A DNA stretch of 64,000 nucleotides from Escherichia coli (GTDB lineage Bacteria; Pseudomonadota; Gammaproteobacteria; Enterobacterales; Enterobacteriaceae): assembly GCF_044647545.1 (NCBI RefSeq), contig NZ_CP172818.1; one strand, given 5' to 3'. The notes below the pieces were generated by a model. That model was not told where the DNA came from. It saw nothing but the letters and a program-made list of their open reading frames with translations, and searched no databases. A program made the translations under genes and the position numbers. Positions 13,492 to 25,265 of this stretch are shown one piece after another (the stretch's first letter is position 1; each line of letters begins with the position of its first letter).

Positions 13492-13513
13492 TCTTTCTTC
13501 ACCTGCTTTCAAA

Positions 13514-13542
13514 GGCCAGCCTCGCGCTGGCCTTTTTCTTTT
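13514..13542 (+). terminator. Rho-independent terminator of metK
   Basis: GGCCAGC-CTCGC-GCTGGCC hairpin followed by TTTTTCTTTT. Confidence 0.8.
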
Positions 13543-13828
13543 ACCTCACCGCGGTGGATAGGCGTTCACGCGGCATCCGGCAAAAAGCTGCCCGCACAAT
13601 AACATCATTCTTCCTGAACACGTTTTACCGCAAATTATCATCGCTACTGAAACCGATTACACCAACCACACCAGACAAAGATTTGTAATATTTTCATATT
13701 ATTATTCGGTTTTCACAGTTGTTACATTTCTTTTCAGTAAAGTCTTAATTGCAGATAACAGCGTTTAATCTATGATGATATAACTCAATTATTTTCATGC
13801 ACTTAAATCATAACTAAGATAAATGTTA

Positions 13829-13844
13829 GTGTAAGCGATTACAC
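13829..13844. promoter_or_regulatory. Gal operator-like palindrome (GalR/GalS site) in the galP promoter
   Basis: GTGTAAGCGATTACAC, near-perfect palindrome matching the gal operator pattern. Confidence 0.6.
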
Positions 13845-13847
13845 TGA

Positions 13848-13863
13848 TGTGATTTGCTTCACA
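13848..13863. promoter_or_regulatory. CRP consensus site in the galP promoter
   Basis: TGTGA-TTTGCT-TCACA, full match to TGTGA-N6-TCACA. Confidence 0.6.
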
Positions 13864-13926
13864 TCTTTTTACGTCGTACTCACCTATCTTAATTCACAAT
13901 AAAAAATAACCATATTGGAGGGCATC

Positions 13927-15321
13927 ATGCCTGACGCTAAAAAACAGGGGCGGTCAAACAAGGCAATGACGTTTTTCGTCTGCTTCCTTGCTGCTCTGGC
14001 GGGATTACTCTTTGGCCTGGATATCGGTGTAATTGCTGGCGCACTGCCGTTTATTGCAGATGAATTCCAGATTACTTCGCACACGCAAGAATGGGTCGTA
14101 AGCTCCATGATGTTCGGTGCGGCAGTCGGTGCGGTGGGCAGCGGCTGGCTCTCCTTTAAACTCGGGCGCAAAAAGAGCCTGATGATCGGCGCAATTTTGT
14201 TTGTTGCCGGTTCACTGTTCTCTGCGGCTGCGCCAAACGTTGAAGTACTGATTCTTTCCCGCGTTCTGCTGGGGCTGGCGGTGGGTGTGGCCTCTTATAC
14301 CGCACCACTGTACCTGTCAGAAATTGCGCCGGAAAAAATTCGCGGCAGTATGATCTCGATGTATCAGTTGATGATCACTATCGGGATCCTCGGTGCTTAT
14401 CTTTCTGATACCGCCTTCAGCTACACCGGTGCATGGCGCTGGATGCTGGGTGTGATTATCATCCCGGCAATTTTGCTGCTGATTGGTGTCTTCTTCCTGC
14501 CAGACAGCCCTCGTTGGTTTGCCGCCAAACGCCGTTTTGTTGATGCCGAACGCGTGCTGCTGCGCCTGCGTGACACCAGCGCGGAAGCGAAACGTGAACT
14601 GGATGAAATCCGTGAAAGTTTGCAGGTTAAACAGAGTGGCTGGGCGCTGTTTAAAGAGAACAGCAACTTCCGTCGCGCGGTGTTCCTTGGCGTACTGTTG
14701 CAGGTAATGCAGCAATTCACCGGGATGAACGTCATCATGTATTACGCGCCGAAAATCTTCGAACTGGCGGGTTATACCAACACTACCGAGCAAATGTGGG
14801 GGACGGTGATCGTCGGCCTGACTAACGTACTCGCCACCTTTATCGCAATCGGCCTTGTTGACCGCTGGGGACGTAAACCAACGCTAACGCTGGGCTTCCT
14901 GGTGATGGCTGCTGGCATGGGCGTACTCGGTACAATGATGCATATCGGTATCCACTCTCCGTCGGCGCAGTATTTCGCTATCGCCATGCTGCTGATGTTT
15001 ATTGTCGGTTTTGCCATGAGTGCCGGTCCGCTGATTTGGGTACTGTGCTCCGAAATTCAGCCGCTGAAAGGCCGCGATTTTGGCATCACCTGCTCCACCG
15101 CCACCAACTGGATTGCCAACATGATCGTTGGCGCAACGTTCCTGACCATGCTCAACACGCTGGGTAACGCCAACACCTTCTGGGTGTATGCGGCTCTGAA
15201 CGTACTGTTTATCTTGCTGACATTGTGGCTGGTACCGGAAACCAAACACGTTTCGCTGGAACATATTGAACGTAATCTGATGAAAGGTCGTAAACTGCGC
15301 GAAATCGGCGCTCACGATTAA
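13927..15321 (+). CDS. galP: Galactose:H+ symporter (MFS)
   Basis: Start at [17 protein letters not shown]; 464 aa. Confidence 0.96.
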   Translation: MPDAKKQGRSNKAMTFFVCFLAALAGLLFGLDIGVIAGALPFIADEFQITSHTQEWVVSSMMFGAAVGAVGSGWLSFKLGRKKSLMIGAILFVAGSLFSAAAPNVEVLILSRVLLGLAVGVASYTAPLYLSEIAPEKIRGSMISMYQLMITIGILGAYLSDTAFSYTGAWRWMLGVIIIPAILLLIGVFFLPDSPRWFAAKRRFVDAERVLLRLRDTSAEAKRELDEIRESLQVKQSGWALFKENSNFRRAVFLGVLLQVMQQFTGMNVIMYYAPKIFELAGYTNTTEQMWGTVIVGLTNVLATFIAIGLVDRWGRKPTLTLGFLVMAAGMGVLGTMMHIGIHSPSAQYFAIAMLLMFIVGFAMSAGPLIWVLCSEIQPLKGRDFGITCSTATNWIANMIVGATFLTMLNTLGNANTFWVYAALNVLFILLTLWLVPETKHVSLEHIERNLMKGRKLREIGAHD

Positions 15322-15397
15322 TCTCCTCAGGCTTCCTCCCGTCGCGGAGGAAGCCACCTCTTGCAGTCATCTTTTCTTCGCTCTATCCTCTGCCGCT

Positions 15398-15895
15398 ATG
15401 AAAACATCCCGTCTCCCTATCGCCATCCAACAGGCCGTTATGCGTCGCCTGCGGGAAAAACTCGCCCAGGCCAACCTGAAGCTAGGACGTAACTACCCGG
15501 AGCCAAAACTCTCTTACACCCAGCGCGGCACCTCCGCCGGAACAGCCTGGCTGGAAGGCTATGAAATTCGCCTCAATCCCGTTTTGCTGTTGGAAAACAG
15601 TGAAGCCTTTATTGAAGAAGTGGTGCCGCACGAACTGGCACATTTGCTGGTATGGAAACATTTCGGCCGCGTAGCACCACATGGCAAAGAGTGGAAGTGG
15701 ATGATGGAAAGCGTGCTGGGCGTTCCCGCCCGTCGTACGCATCAGTTTGAACTGCAATCCGTGCGCCGCAACACCTTCCCCTACCGCTGTAAGTGCCAGG
15801 AACATCAGCTTACCGTACGCCGCCATAATCGCGTAGTTCGTGGCGAAGCCGTCTATCGCTGTGTTCACTGCGGCGAACAGCTGGTTGCGAAATAA
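15398..15895 (+). CDS. sprT: SprT (YggI) zinc-metallopeptidase-like protein
   Basis: 165 aa ORF with HELAH motif. Confidence 0.9.
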   Translation: MKTSRLPIAIQQAVMRRLREKLAQANLKLGRNYPEPKLSYTQRGTSAGTAWLEGYEIRLNPVLLLENSEAFIEEVVPHELAHLLVWKHFGRVAPHGKEWKWMMESVLGVPARRTHQFELQSVRRNTFPYRCKCQEHQLTVRRHNRVVRGEAVYRCVHCGEQLVAK

Positions 15896-15989
15896 CCACC
15901 TGAACTATCAGGAACTTTCCTGACCTGGCTGATTGCATACCAAAACAACTTTCGCTACGTTGCTGGCTCGTTTTAACACGGAGTAAGTG

Positions 15990-16697
15990 ATGTACCGTTA
16001 TTTGTCTATTGCTGCGGTGGTACTGAGCGCAGCATTTTCCGGCCCGGCGTTGGCCGAAGGTATCAATAGTTTTTCTCAGGCGAAAGCCGCGGCGGTAAAA
16101 GTCCACGCTGACGCGCCCGGTACGTTTTATTGCGGATGTAAAATTAACTGGCAGGGCAAAAAAGGCGTTGTTGATCTGCAATCGTGCGGCTATCAGGTGC
16201 GCAAAAATGAAAACCGCGCCAGCCGCGTAGAGTGGGAACACGTCGTTCCCGCCTGGCAATTCGGTCACCAGCGCCAGTGCTGGCAGGACGGTGGACGTAA
16301 AAATTGCGCCAAAGATCCGGTCTATCGCAAGATGGAAAGCGATATGCATAACCTGCAACCGTCAGTCGGCGAGGTGAATGGCGATCGCGGCAACTTTATG
16401 TACAGCCAGTGGAATGGCGGCGAAGGCCAGTACGGTCAATGCGCCATGAAGGTCGATTTCAAAGAAAAAGCTGCCGAACCACCAGCGCGTGCACGCGGTG
16501 CCATTGCGCGCACCTACTTCTATATGCGCGACCAATACAACCTGACACTCTCCCGCCAGCAAACGCAGCTGTTCAACGCATGGAACAAGATGTATCCGGT
16601 TACCGACTGGGAGTGCGAGCGTGATGAACGCATCGCGAAGGTGCAGGGCAATCATAACCCGTATGTGCAACGCGCTTGCCAGGCGCGAAAGAGCTAA
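15990..16697 (+). CDS. endA: Periplasmic DNA-specific endonuclease I
   Basis: Start at [12 protein letters not shown] (signal peptide), GGAG RBS 7 nt upstream; 235 aa. Confidence 0.93.
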
Positions 16698-16776
16698 CCT
16701 ACACTAGCGGGATTCTTTTTGTTAACCCCTACCCCACGCGTACAACCGCGTGGGGAGACGACGCGGATTTTTAACT

Positions 16777-17508
16777 ATGCGTATCCCCCGCATTTATCAT
16801 CCTGAACCACTGACCAGCCATTCTCACATCGCGCTTTGCGAAGATGCCGCCAACCATATCGGGCGCGTACTGCGCATGGGGCCGGGGCAGGCGTTGCAAT
16901 TGTTTGACGGCAGCAACCAGGTCTTTGACGCCGAAATTACCAGCGCCAGCAAAAAAAGCGTGGAAGTGAAGGTGCTGGAAGGCCAACTCGACGATCGTGA
17001 ATCTCCGCTGCATATTCACCTCGGTCAGGTGATGTCGCGTGGCGAAAAAATGGAATTTACTATCCAGAAATCGATCGAACTCGGTGTAAGCCTCATTACG
17101 CCACTTTTTTCTGAACGCTGCGGCGTTAAACTGGATAGTGAACGTCTGAACAAGAAGCTCCAGCAGTGGCAGAAGATTGCAATTGCTGCCTGTGAGCAGT
17201 GTGGTCGTAACCGGGTGCCGGAAATCCGTCCAGCGATGGATCTGGAAGCCTGGTGTGCAGAGCAGGATGAAGGACTGAAACTGAATCTTCACCCGCGCGC
17301 CAGTAACAGCATCAATACGTTGCCGTTACCGGTTGAACGCGTCCGCCTGCTGATTGGCCCGGAAGGCGGTTTATCGGCAGATGAAATTGCCATGACTGCC
17401 CGCTATCAATTTACTGATATCCTGTTGGGACCTCGCGTTTTGCGTACAGAGACAACTGCGCTCACCGCCATTACCGCGCTACAAGTACGATTTGGCGATT
17501 TGGGCTAA
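16777..17508 (+). CDS. rsmE: 16S rRNA m3U1498 methyltransferase
   Basis: Start at [12 protein letters not shown]; 243 aa. Confidence 0.92.
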   Translation: MRIPRIYHPEPLTSHSHIALCEDAANHIGRVLRMGPGQALQLFDGSNQVFDAEITSASKKSVEVKVLEGQLDDRESPLHIHLGQVMSRGEKMEFTIQKSIELGVSLITPLFSERCGVKLDSERLNKKLQQWQKIAIAACEQCGRNRVPEIRPAMDLEAWCAEQDEGLKLNLHPRASNSINTLPLPVERVRLLIGPEGGLSADEIAMTARYQFTDILLGPRVLRTETTALTAITALQVRFGDLG

Positions 17509-17520
17509 CGGAGAAGAATA

Positions 17521-18471
17521 ATGATCAAGCTCGGCATCGTGATGGACCCCATCGCAAACATCAACATCAAGAAAGATTCCAGTTTCGCTATGTTGCTGGA
17601 AGCACAGCGTCGTGGTTACGAACTTCACTATATGGAGATGGGCGATCTGTATCTGATCAATGGCGAAGCCCGCGCCCATACCCGCACGCTGAACGTGAAG
17701 CAGAACTACGAAGAGTGGTTTTCGTTCGTCGGTGAACAGGATCTGCCGCTGGCCGATCTCGATGTGATCCTGATGCGTAAAGACCCGCCGTTTGATACCG
17801 AGTTTATCTACGCGACCTATATTCTGGAACGTGCCGAAGAGAAAGGGACGCTGATCGTTAACAAGCCGCAGAGCCTGCGCGACTGTAACGAGAAACTGTT
17901 TACTGCCTGGTTCTCTGACTTAACGCCAGAAACGCTGGTTACGCGCAATAAAGCGCAGCTAAAAGCGTTCTGGCAGAAACACGGCGACATCATTCTTAAG
18001 CCACTGGACGGTATGGGCGGCGCGTCGATTTTCCGCGTGAAAGAAGGCGATCCAAACCTCGGCGTGATTGCCGAAACCCTGACTGAGCATGGCACTCGCT
18101 ACTGCATGGCGCAAAATTACCTGCCAGCCATTAAAGATGGCGACAAACGCGTGCTGGTAGTGGATGGCGAGCCGGTGCCGTATTGCCTGGCGCGTATTCC
18201 GCAGGGGGGCGAAACCCGTGGCAATCTGGCTGCCGGTGGTCGCGGTGAACCTCGTCCGCTGACGGAAAGTGACTGGAAAATCGCCCGTCAGATTGGGCCG
18301 ACGCTGAAAGAAAAAGGGCTGATTTTTGTTGGTCTGGATATCATCGGCGACCGTCTGACTGAAATTAACGTCACCAGCCCAACCTGTATTCGTGAGATTG
18401 AAGCAGAGTTTCCGGTGTCGATCACCGGAATGTTAATGGATGCCATCGAAGCACGTTTACAGCAGCAGTAA
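17521..18471 (+). CDS. gshB: Glutathione synthetase
   Basis: 316 aa ORF, ATP-grasp sequence. Confidence 0.96.
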   Translation: MIKLGIVMDPIANINIKKDSSFAMLLEAQRRGYELHYMEMGDLYLINGEARAHTRTLNVKQNYEEWFSFVGEQDLPLADLDVILMRKDPPFDTEFIYATYILERAEEKGTLIVNKPQSLRDCNEKLFTAWFSDLTPETLVTRNKAQLKAFWQKHGDIILKPLDGMGGASIFRVKEGDPNLGVIAETLTEHGTRYCMAQNYLPAIKDGDKRVLVVDGEPVPYCLARIPQGGETRGNLAAGGRGEPRPLTESDWKIARQIGPTLKEKGLIFVGLDIIGDRLTEINVTSPTCIREIEAEFPVSITGMLMDAIEARLQQQ

Positions 18472-18579
18472 CCCACCTTAGCGAGAAGGATCTCGTTGAG
18501 ACTCTGAGTGACAGCGCCCTTCTTTCCACGCATACTGGGCGCTGTTGCTTTTTTGAACCAGGAAACAGAACCTCTGACA

Positions 18580-19143
18580 ATGAATTTACAGCATCACTTT
18601 CTTATTGCCATGCCTGCTCTCCAGGATCCGATTTTCCGTCGTTCCGTGGTCTACATTTGCGAACATAATACCAATGGTGCAATGGGGATCATCGTCAACA
18701 AGCCGCTGGAAAATCTCAAAATTGAAGGGATTCTGGAAAAGCTGAAGATCACGCCGGAGCCGCGTGATGAATCAATCCGTCTGGATAAACCGGTTATGCT
18801 CGGCGGTCCGCTGGCTGAAGATCGCGGGTTTATTTTGCATACTCCGCCCTCCAATTTTGCTTCCAGCATTCGCATTTCAGACAACACGGTGATGACCACT
18901 TCCCGCGATGTGCTGGAAACGCTCGGCACCGATAAACAACCGTCTGACGTATTGGTGGCTCTGGGTTATGCCTCCTGGGAGAAAGGTCAACTGGAACAAG
19001 AAATTCTCGATAACGCGTGGCTAACGGCCCCGGCAGATCTGAATATTCTGTTCAAAACGCCGATTGCCGACCGCTGGCGCGAGGCGGCAAAACTGATTGG
19101 TGTGGATATTCTCACCATGCCTGGTGTGGCAGGACACGCCTGA
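18580..19143 (+). CDS. yqgE: UPF0301 protein YqgE
   Basis: Start at [14 protein letters not shown]; 187 aa. Confidence 0.9.
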
Positions 19144-19559
19144 TGAGTGGAACCTTACTCGCCTTCGACTTCGGTACCAAAAGCATTGGTGTAGCGGTCG
19201 GCCAACGCATTACCGGCACCGCTCGCCCATTGCCTGCAATTAAAGCACAGGACGGTACGCCGGACTGGAATCTCATCGAACGTTTACTGAAAGAGTGGCA
19301 GCCGGACGAAATCATCGTTGGTTTGCCGCTGAATATGGATGGCACCGAGCAACCATTGACTGCCAGAGCCCGTAAATTTGCCAACCGTATTCATGGCCGT
19401 TTCGGTGTTGAAGTAAAGCTCCATGACGAGCGTCTTAGCACCGTGGAGGCACGTTCCGGTCTGTTTGAACAGGGCGGCTATCGGGCGCTCAACAAAGGCA
19501 AAGTTGACTCTGCCTCTGCGGTTATTATTCTCGAAAGCTATTTCGAGCAGGGATATTAA
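19143..19559 (+). CDS. ruvX: Holliday-junction resolvase-like RNase RuvX (YqgF)
   Basis: Start at [20 protein letters not shown], overlapping the yqgE stop; 138 aa. Confidence 0.93.
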
Positions 19560-19599
19560 GGCGATTTAAAAGCCTGGCGGATAGTCGTACCATCCCGCC

Positions 19600-19745
19600 A
19601 TCTTGCCGGATGCGGCGTGAACGCCTTATCCAGCACACATCTGGCAGCGGCTGTAGGTCTGATAAGACGCGTTAGCGTCGCATCAGACGTTTATTGCCGG
19701 GTGCTGCGTTTGTATGCCTGATAAGCGTAGCGCATCAGGCATATT
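19600..19745. repeat. REP/BIME palindromic repeat cluster
   Basis: Tandem GCCGGATGCGGCGTGAACGCCTTATCC / GCCTGATAAGCGTAGCGCATCAGGC units between ruvX and yggR. Confidence 0.8.
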
Positions 19746-19771
19746 TACTAAACTAATCAATCACTTTAGCC

Positions 19772-20752
19772 TCACAAACGTCCTTCCCCCACCCGCTGCT
19801 GATAACTCTGCTGAAACGTTAACATCCCCACCTGCTGCCCGGTTTGAATAACATGCGGCAACTGGTGGGTTTTCCCTTCGCGAATCAAATTCCCCACCGC
19901 GGGAGTGTTAATCAGTAATTCAAACAGCGCCACGCGTCCTTCCTGTTTATCCACTTCCAGCTTTTGTGACAGCACTGCCCGTAAACTACCCGCCAGTTGA
20001 TTACGTACGGGATCTTTTTCCTGCGCCGGAAATGAATCCACCAGTCGCTCAACTGCCTGCGCGGCACCACGCGTATGTAAAGTTGCCAGCACCAGGTGTC
20101 CGGTTTCTGCTGCCGTCAGCGCCAGACGGATTGTCTCGCTGTCACGCAGCTCTCCGAGCAAAATCACATCGGGATCTTCCCGCAATGCGGCCCGCAATCC
20201 CGATGCGAACGTCATACAGTGCAAACCAATCTCCCGCTGCTGGATCAAACATCGCTGGCTGGCATAGAGATATTCCACAGGATCTTCCAGCGTCAGAATA
20301 TGCGCATCGGCATGTTGATTGAGATAGCCAACCATCGCCGCCAGCGTGGTAGATTTGCCGCTCCCCGTCGCCCCCGTCACCAGAATCAGGCCATTCTCGC
20401 TCTTGAGTAATTCCGGCAATACCGGTGGCGCACCAAGCTGTTCGAGCTGTGGACAGTGCGAAGGTAACAACCGTAATGCCAGAGAAATACCTTGCCGTTG
20501 CGCGAACGCACTGCCACGCAACCGCTGATTTTCCGCCAGCGACACAGCAAAATCCAGCTGACCATTCTCCAGCAATATTGCCCGCTGATCGTCATCCAGC
20601 CACTCCCGCAGTAGCTCTTCGACGCCCGGCGCATCAAACGGCGCAGCTTCCATTCGCCCGCGAATACGCCATCGTGCGGGCCAGGCGCTGCACAGGTGTA
20701 GATCCGAGACGTTATGCTTTACACTAAGGGCCACAATTTCTTCCATATTCAT
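19772..20752 (-). CDS. yggR: PilT-like type IV pilus retraction ATPase homolog
   Basis: Start at MNMEEIVALSVKHNVSDLHL; Walker A GATGSGKST; 326 aa. Confidence 0.9.
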   Translation of the reverse strand: MNMEEIVALSVKHNVSDLHLCSAWPARWRIRGRMEAAPFDAPGVEELLREWLDDDQRAILLENGQLDFAVSLAENQRLRGSAFAQRQGISLALRLLPSHCPQLEQLGAPPVLPELLKSENGLILVTGATGSGKSTTLAAMVGYLNQHADAHILTLEDPVEYLYASQRCLIQQREIGLHCMTFASGLRAALREDPDVILLGELRDSETIRLALTAAETGHLVLATLHTRGAAQAVERLVDSFPAQEKDPVRNQLAGSLRAVLSQKLEVDKQEGRVALFELLINTPAVGNLIREGKTHQLPHVIQTGQQVGMLTFQQSYQQRVGEGRL

Positions 20753-20769
20753 ACTAAGATCCTCGGAAA

Positions 20770-21474
20770 ATGAACGATATTGCGCATAACCTGGCACAGG
20801 TCCGGGACAAAATCTCAGCGGCTGCAACGCGTTGCGGCCGTTCTCCAGAAGAAATTACGCTGCTTGCAGTCAGTAAAACAAAACCTGCGAGCGCCATCGC
20901 AGAAGCCATTGATGCCGGGCAGCGTCAATTTGGTGAAAACTACGTTCAGGAAGGGGTAGATAAAATTCGCCACTTTCAGGAACTGGGCGTAACAGGATTA
21001 GAATGGCATTTTATTGGCCCGTTGCAGTCTAATAAAAGCCGCCTGGTGGCAGAGCATTTCGACTGGTGTCATACCATCGACCGTTTGCGCATTGCTACCC
21101 GCCTCAACGATCAGCGCCCGGCAGAACTTTCCCCTCTTAACGTACTGATTCAAATTAATATTAGTGATGAAAACAGTAAGTCCGGGATTCAACTGGCAGA
21201 ACTGGACGAGCTGGCAGCTGCGGTCGCTGAACTACCGCGTTTACGTCTGCGCGGGCTGATGGCAATCCCTGCGCCTGAGTCAGAATATGTAAGGCAGTTT
21301 GAAGTTGCACGCCAAATGGCTGTAGCATTTGCCGGACTGAAAACGCGCTACCCGCATATCGACACGCTCTCTCTGGGAATGTCGGACGATATGGAAGCCG
21401 CCATTGCGGCAGGTAGCACGATGGTTCGTATCGGCACTGCAATTTTTGGTGCGCGTGATTACTCTAAAAAATAA
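20770..21474 (+). CDS. yggS: PLP-homeostasis protein YggS
   Basis: 234 aa ORF. Confidence 0.93.
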   Translation: MNDIAHNLAQVRDKISAAATRCGRSPEEITLLAVSKTKPASAIAEAIDAGQRQFGENYVQEGVDKIRHFQELGVTGLEWHFIGPLQSNKSRLVAEHFDWCHTIDRLRIATRLNDQRPAELSPLNVLIQINISDENSKSGIQLAELDELAAAVAELPRLRLRGLMAIPAPESEYVRQFEVARQMAVAFAGLKTRYPHIDTLSLGMSDDMEAAIAAGSTMVRIGTAIFGARDYSKK

Positions 21475-21491
21475 GGAATTAAAGGAACGCC

Positions 21492-22058
21492 ATGAATACG
21501 TTGACTTTCCTGCTTTCAACGGTCATTGAGCTGTATACCATGGTGCTGTTATTACGCATCTGGATGCAGTGGGCTCATTGTGATTTTTACAACCCCTTCT
21601 CACAGTTTGTGGTGAAGGTAACGCAGCCAATTATCGGGCCACTGCGCCGCGTTATTCCGGCAATGGGTCCCATTGATAGCGCCTCGCTGCTGGTTGCGTA
21701 CATTCTCAGTTTCATCAAAGCCATCGTGCTGTTTAAAGTGGTGACCTTCCTGCCAATCATCTGGATTGCCGGTTTACTGATTCTGCTGAAAACCATCGGC
21801 CTGCTGATTTTCTGGGTCCTGCTGGTGATGGCGATTATGAGCTGGGTAAGCCAGGGTCGTAGCCCGATTGAATACGTGCTGATTCAGCTGGCAGATCCGC
21901 TGCTGCGCCCGATTCGCCGCTTGCTACCGGCAATGGGTGGGATTGATTTCTCGCCGATGATCCTCGTTCTGCTGCTGTATGTCATCAATATGGGTGTCGC
22001 AGAAGTATTACAGGCAACCGGAAACATGCTGCTGCCGGGGCTGTGGATGGCGTTATGA
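21492..22058 (+). CDS. yggT: YggT inner-membrane protein
   Basis: 188 aa hydrophobic ORF. Confidence 0.9.
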
Positions 22059-22345
22059 GTGCCGTAACAGTTAATGATGACGGTCTGGTTTTACGGCTCT
22101 ATATTCAGCCGAAAGCCAGCCGTGATTCTATTGTCGGTTTACATGGCGACGAGGTAAAAGTCGCCATTACCGCGCCGCCGGTTGACGGCCAGGCCAACAG
22201 CCATCTGGTGAAGTTTCTCGGTAAGCAATTCCGGGTTGCCAAAAGCCAGGTGGTGATTGAAAAAGGCGAACTTGGCCGCCACAAACAAATTAAAATCATT
22301 AATCCGCAACAAATCCCGCCAGAAATCGCGGCGTTAATTAATTAG
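22055..22345 (+). CDS. yggU: UPF0235 protein YggU
   Basis: Start at [13 protein letters not shown] overlapping the yggT stop; 96 aa. Confidence 0.88.
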
Positions 22346-22352
22346 GTATCAT

Positions 22353-22946
22353 ATGCAAAAAGTTGTCCTCGCAACCGGCAATGCCGGTAAAGTGCGTGAG
22401 CTGGCGTCGCTGCTTAGCGACTTCGGTCTTGATATCGTGGCCCAAACAGACCTCGGCGTAGATTCCGCTGAAGAAACCGGCCTGACCTTTATTGAAAACG
22501 CGATTCTGAAAGCGCGCCATGCGGCAAAAGTGACCGGTTTACCGGCAATTGCCGACGACTCCGGTCTGGCGGTAGATGCGCTGGGTGGCGCGCCGGGTAT
22601 TTACTCCGCGCGTTATTCCGGTGAAGACGCGACCGATCAAAAGAATCTGCAAAAACTGCTGGAAACGATGAAAGACGTACCGGACGACCAACGTCAGGCG
22701 CGTTTCCACTGCGTGCTGGTATATCTGCGTCACGCGGAAGATCCCACTCCGCTGGTATGCCACGGTAGCTGGCCAGGCGTGATTACTCGTGAACCAGCGG
22801 GCACTGGTGGCTTTGGTTATGATCCAATCTTCTTCGTACCTTCCGAAGGGAAAACCGCTGCCGAACTGACCCGCGAAGAAAAGAGCGCCATTTCCCACCG
22901 TGGTCAGGCGTTGAAACTGCTGCTGGACGCTTTACGTAATGGTTAA
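22353..22946 (+). CDS. rdgB: Non-canonical purine dNTP pyrophosphatase
   Basis: 197 aa ORF, Ham1 family. Confidence 0.95.
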
Positions 22947-24075
22947 ATTACCGCCGCTGAGTCTCTACATTCACATCCCGTGGTGCGTGCAGAAATGCCC
23001 GTACTGCGATTTCAACTCTCACGCGTTGAAAGGAGAAGTGCCGCACGACGATTATGTTCAGCATCTGCTTAACGATCTGGACAACGATGTGGCTTACGCT
23101 CAGGGCCGTGAAGTAAAGACAATCTTTATTGGCGGTGGTACGCCGAGCCTGCTTTCCGGCCCGGCGATGCAAACGCTGCTGGACGGCGTGCGTGCGCGTT
23201 TGCCGCTGGCAGCGGATGCAGAAATTACTATGGAAGCGAACCCTGGTACGGTAGAAGCCGATCGCTTTGTCGATTATCAGCGTGCTGGTGTGAACCGCAT
23301 CTCTATTGGTGTGCAGAGTTTTAGCGAAGAAAAGCTGAAACGACTTGGGCGCATTCATGGCCCGCAAGAAGCGAAACGAGCTGCGAAGCTGGCGAGCGGT
23401 TTAGGGTTACGTAGCTTTAACCTTGATTTGATGCATGGGCTGCCGGATCAATCACTGGAAGAGGCGCTAGGCGATCTGCGCCAGGCTATTGAACTGAATC
23501 CGCCGCATCTTTCCTGGTATCAACTGACCATCGAACCTAATACGCTGTTTGGCTCTCGCCCGCCGGTGCTGCCGGACGACGATGCGTTGTGGGATATATT
23601 CGAACAGGGGCATCAGTTATTAACCGCAGCGGGCTATCAGCAGTATGAAACATCCGCTTACGCCAAACCAGGTTATCAGTGCCAGCACAATCTCAACTAC
23701 TGGCGTTTTGGCGACTACATCGGTATTGGCTGCGGCGCGCACGGCAAAGTGACCTTCCCGGATGGGCGCATTCTGCGTACCACCAAAACGCGTCATCCGC
23801 GTGGTTTTATGCAGGGAAGATATCTGGAAAGCCAGCGTGATGTCGAAGCCGCAGATAAGCCGTTTGAGTTCTTTATGAATCGCTTCCGTCTGTTGGAAGC
23901 CGCGCCGCGCGTGGAGTTTAGCCAGTATACTGGCCTTTCTGAAGAAGTTATTCGCTCTCAGTTAGACGAGGCCATCGCTCAGGGTTATCTCACAGAATGT
24001 GCGGATTACTGGCAGATAACGGAACATGGTAAATTATTCTTAAACTCACTTCTTGAATTATTCCTCGCTGAGTAA
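22939..24075 (+). CDS. hemW: Radical-SAM heme chaperone HemW (YggW)
   Basis: 378 aa ORF with CxxxCxxC radical-SAM motif (CVQKCPYC). Confidence 0.93.
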
Positions 24076-25262
24076 TCATTAATGCCGCATGCGGCGTTAA
24101 TCACTTCTATAATAAATATAATTATATATTAAACATATATTAAAATAACACAACAATAATATTCTTCAATCAAAAATAAACAAAAACACACGATGAACCG
24201 AACAACATGCAAAAACAAATCACATCTCAAAAATTTATAACACTCTTCCCCTCCAACAACGAAAACAAAGAAAAATACGTTAAAAAACAAAAAATATCGA
24301 AACAGAAAAACGAAAAAAAAATAAAGTAATGAATCACCACACGAGAACAAGAAAAAAACAACAAAATATATACTAATAACACAGTAGGAAAGGAATAAGA
24401 ATCAACAAAGAAATTTTTACCATCATCAAACGATAACAAACAACCGAAGAGGGAGATAGTTGCCACACCGACACAGAACATCTCTCCACATCACAACAAT
24501 AACAGGTAGCGGAGCACCCCCAATAACCAAAACACAGACCCATACTTGACAACCAGAACAAAAAAACACAACGACAAAAACCAAACAACGAAGAATGAAA
24601 AATGATAAAGAAGAAATTGAATAATTAACACTATCACCCCTACATCAAACTAGAAAAGAAATCGTTGTTAGATATGCGCGGTGTGGTGGTCCTGTGATGC
24701 GCGAACTAGGCGTGACGCCTTTTCTGTCGCCGTCATGCTTGCTCTGGTTGTATGCGTAGTCTGATAAGACGCTCCAAACCACAAAAGCACAGCATCCCAT
24801 TCAGACCAAAGAAGGTTATGATTGCCGGCATTTTCTACCGCTGTCAACGTCTCATCTTGTTATAACTGGATTACTGATACCGCCCTCAAACGTGTTAATT
24901 GTTTTTCCCTACACTGCGCGTTTCTAGCACGCTATTAGCGGGATATGCAAGGGACTAAGAGTCGCGGTAAAAACCGGCATATCAAACGCGGCTACCCGCT
25001 TCAGAAAAAGCAACCTCCAGGCCTAAAGCGTTCGACCTACCAAGTTCTCGTCAAGGCGGCATCGGCGGCATTTTACGCAACGAAGGCCGATCTTCACAAT
25101 TATGATTACCGGGAATAAAATCGCGATTTACCCAAACGATCGAACGGTTACAAATAATTCGCACCGCAAACCAACAATCCAAAAACTAGGATTCAAACCC
25201 ACCAAATAAAAAAAAAAAAAAAAAGGAAAAACAAAAAAAAAAACAACAAAAAAAAAAAAAAG
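24076..25262. other. About 1.2 kb non-coding block with extreme A/C-rich, G/T-poor plus-strand composition, REP-like fragments and a terminal A-rich tract
   Basis: Composition read directly; only low-complexity minus-strand ORFs; ends in A-rich run 25205-25262 abutting the yggM stop. Confidence 0.7.
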
Positions 25263-25265
25263 AAA

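Noticed and set aside
24129-24588. Minus-strand ORFs rich in Phe, Leu and Cys in the hemW-yggM block
   Set aside because: Low-complexity translations of the G/T-rich complement of the A/C-rich block; no start or RBS context and no resemblance to a protein family.
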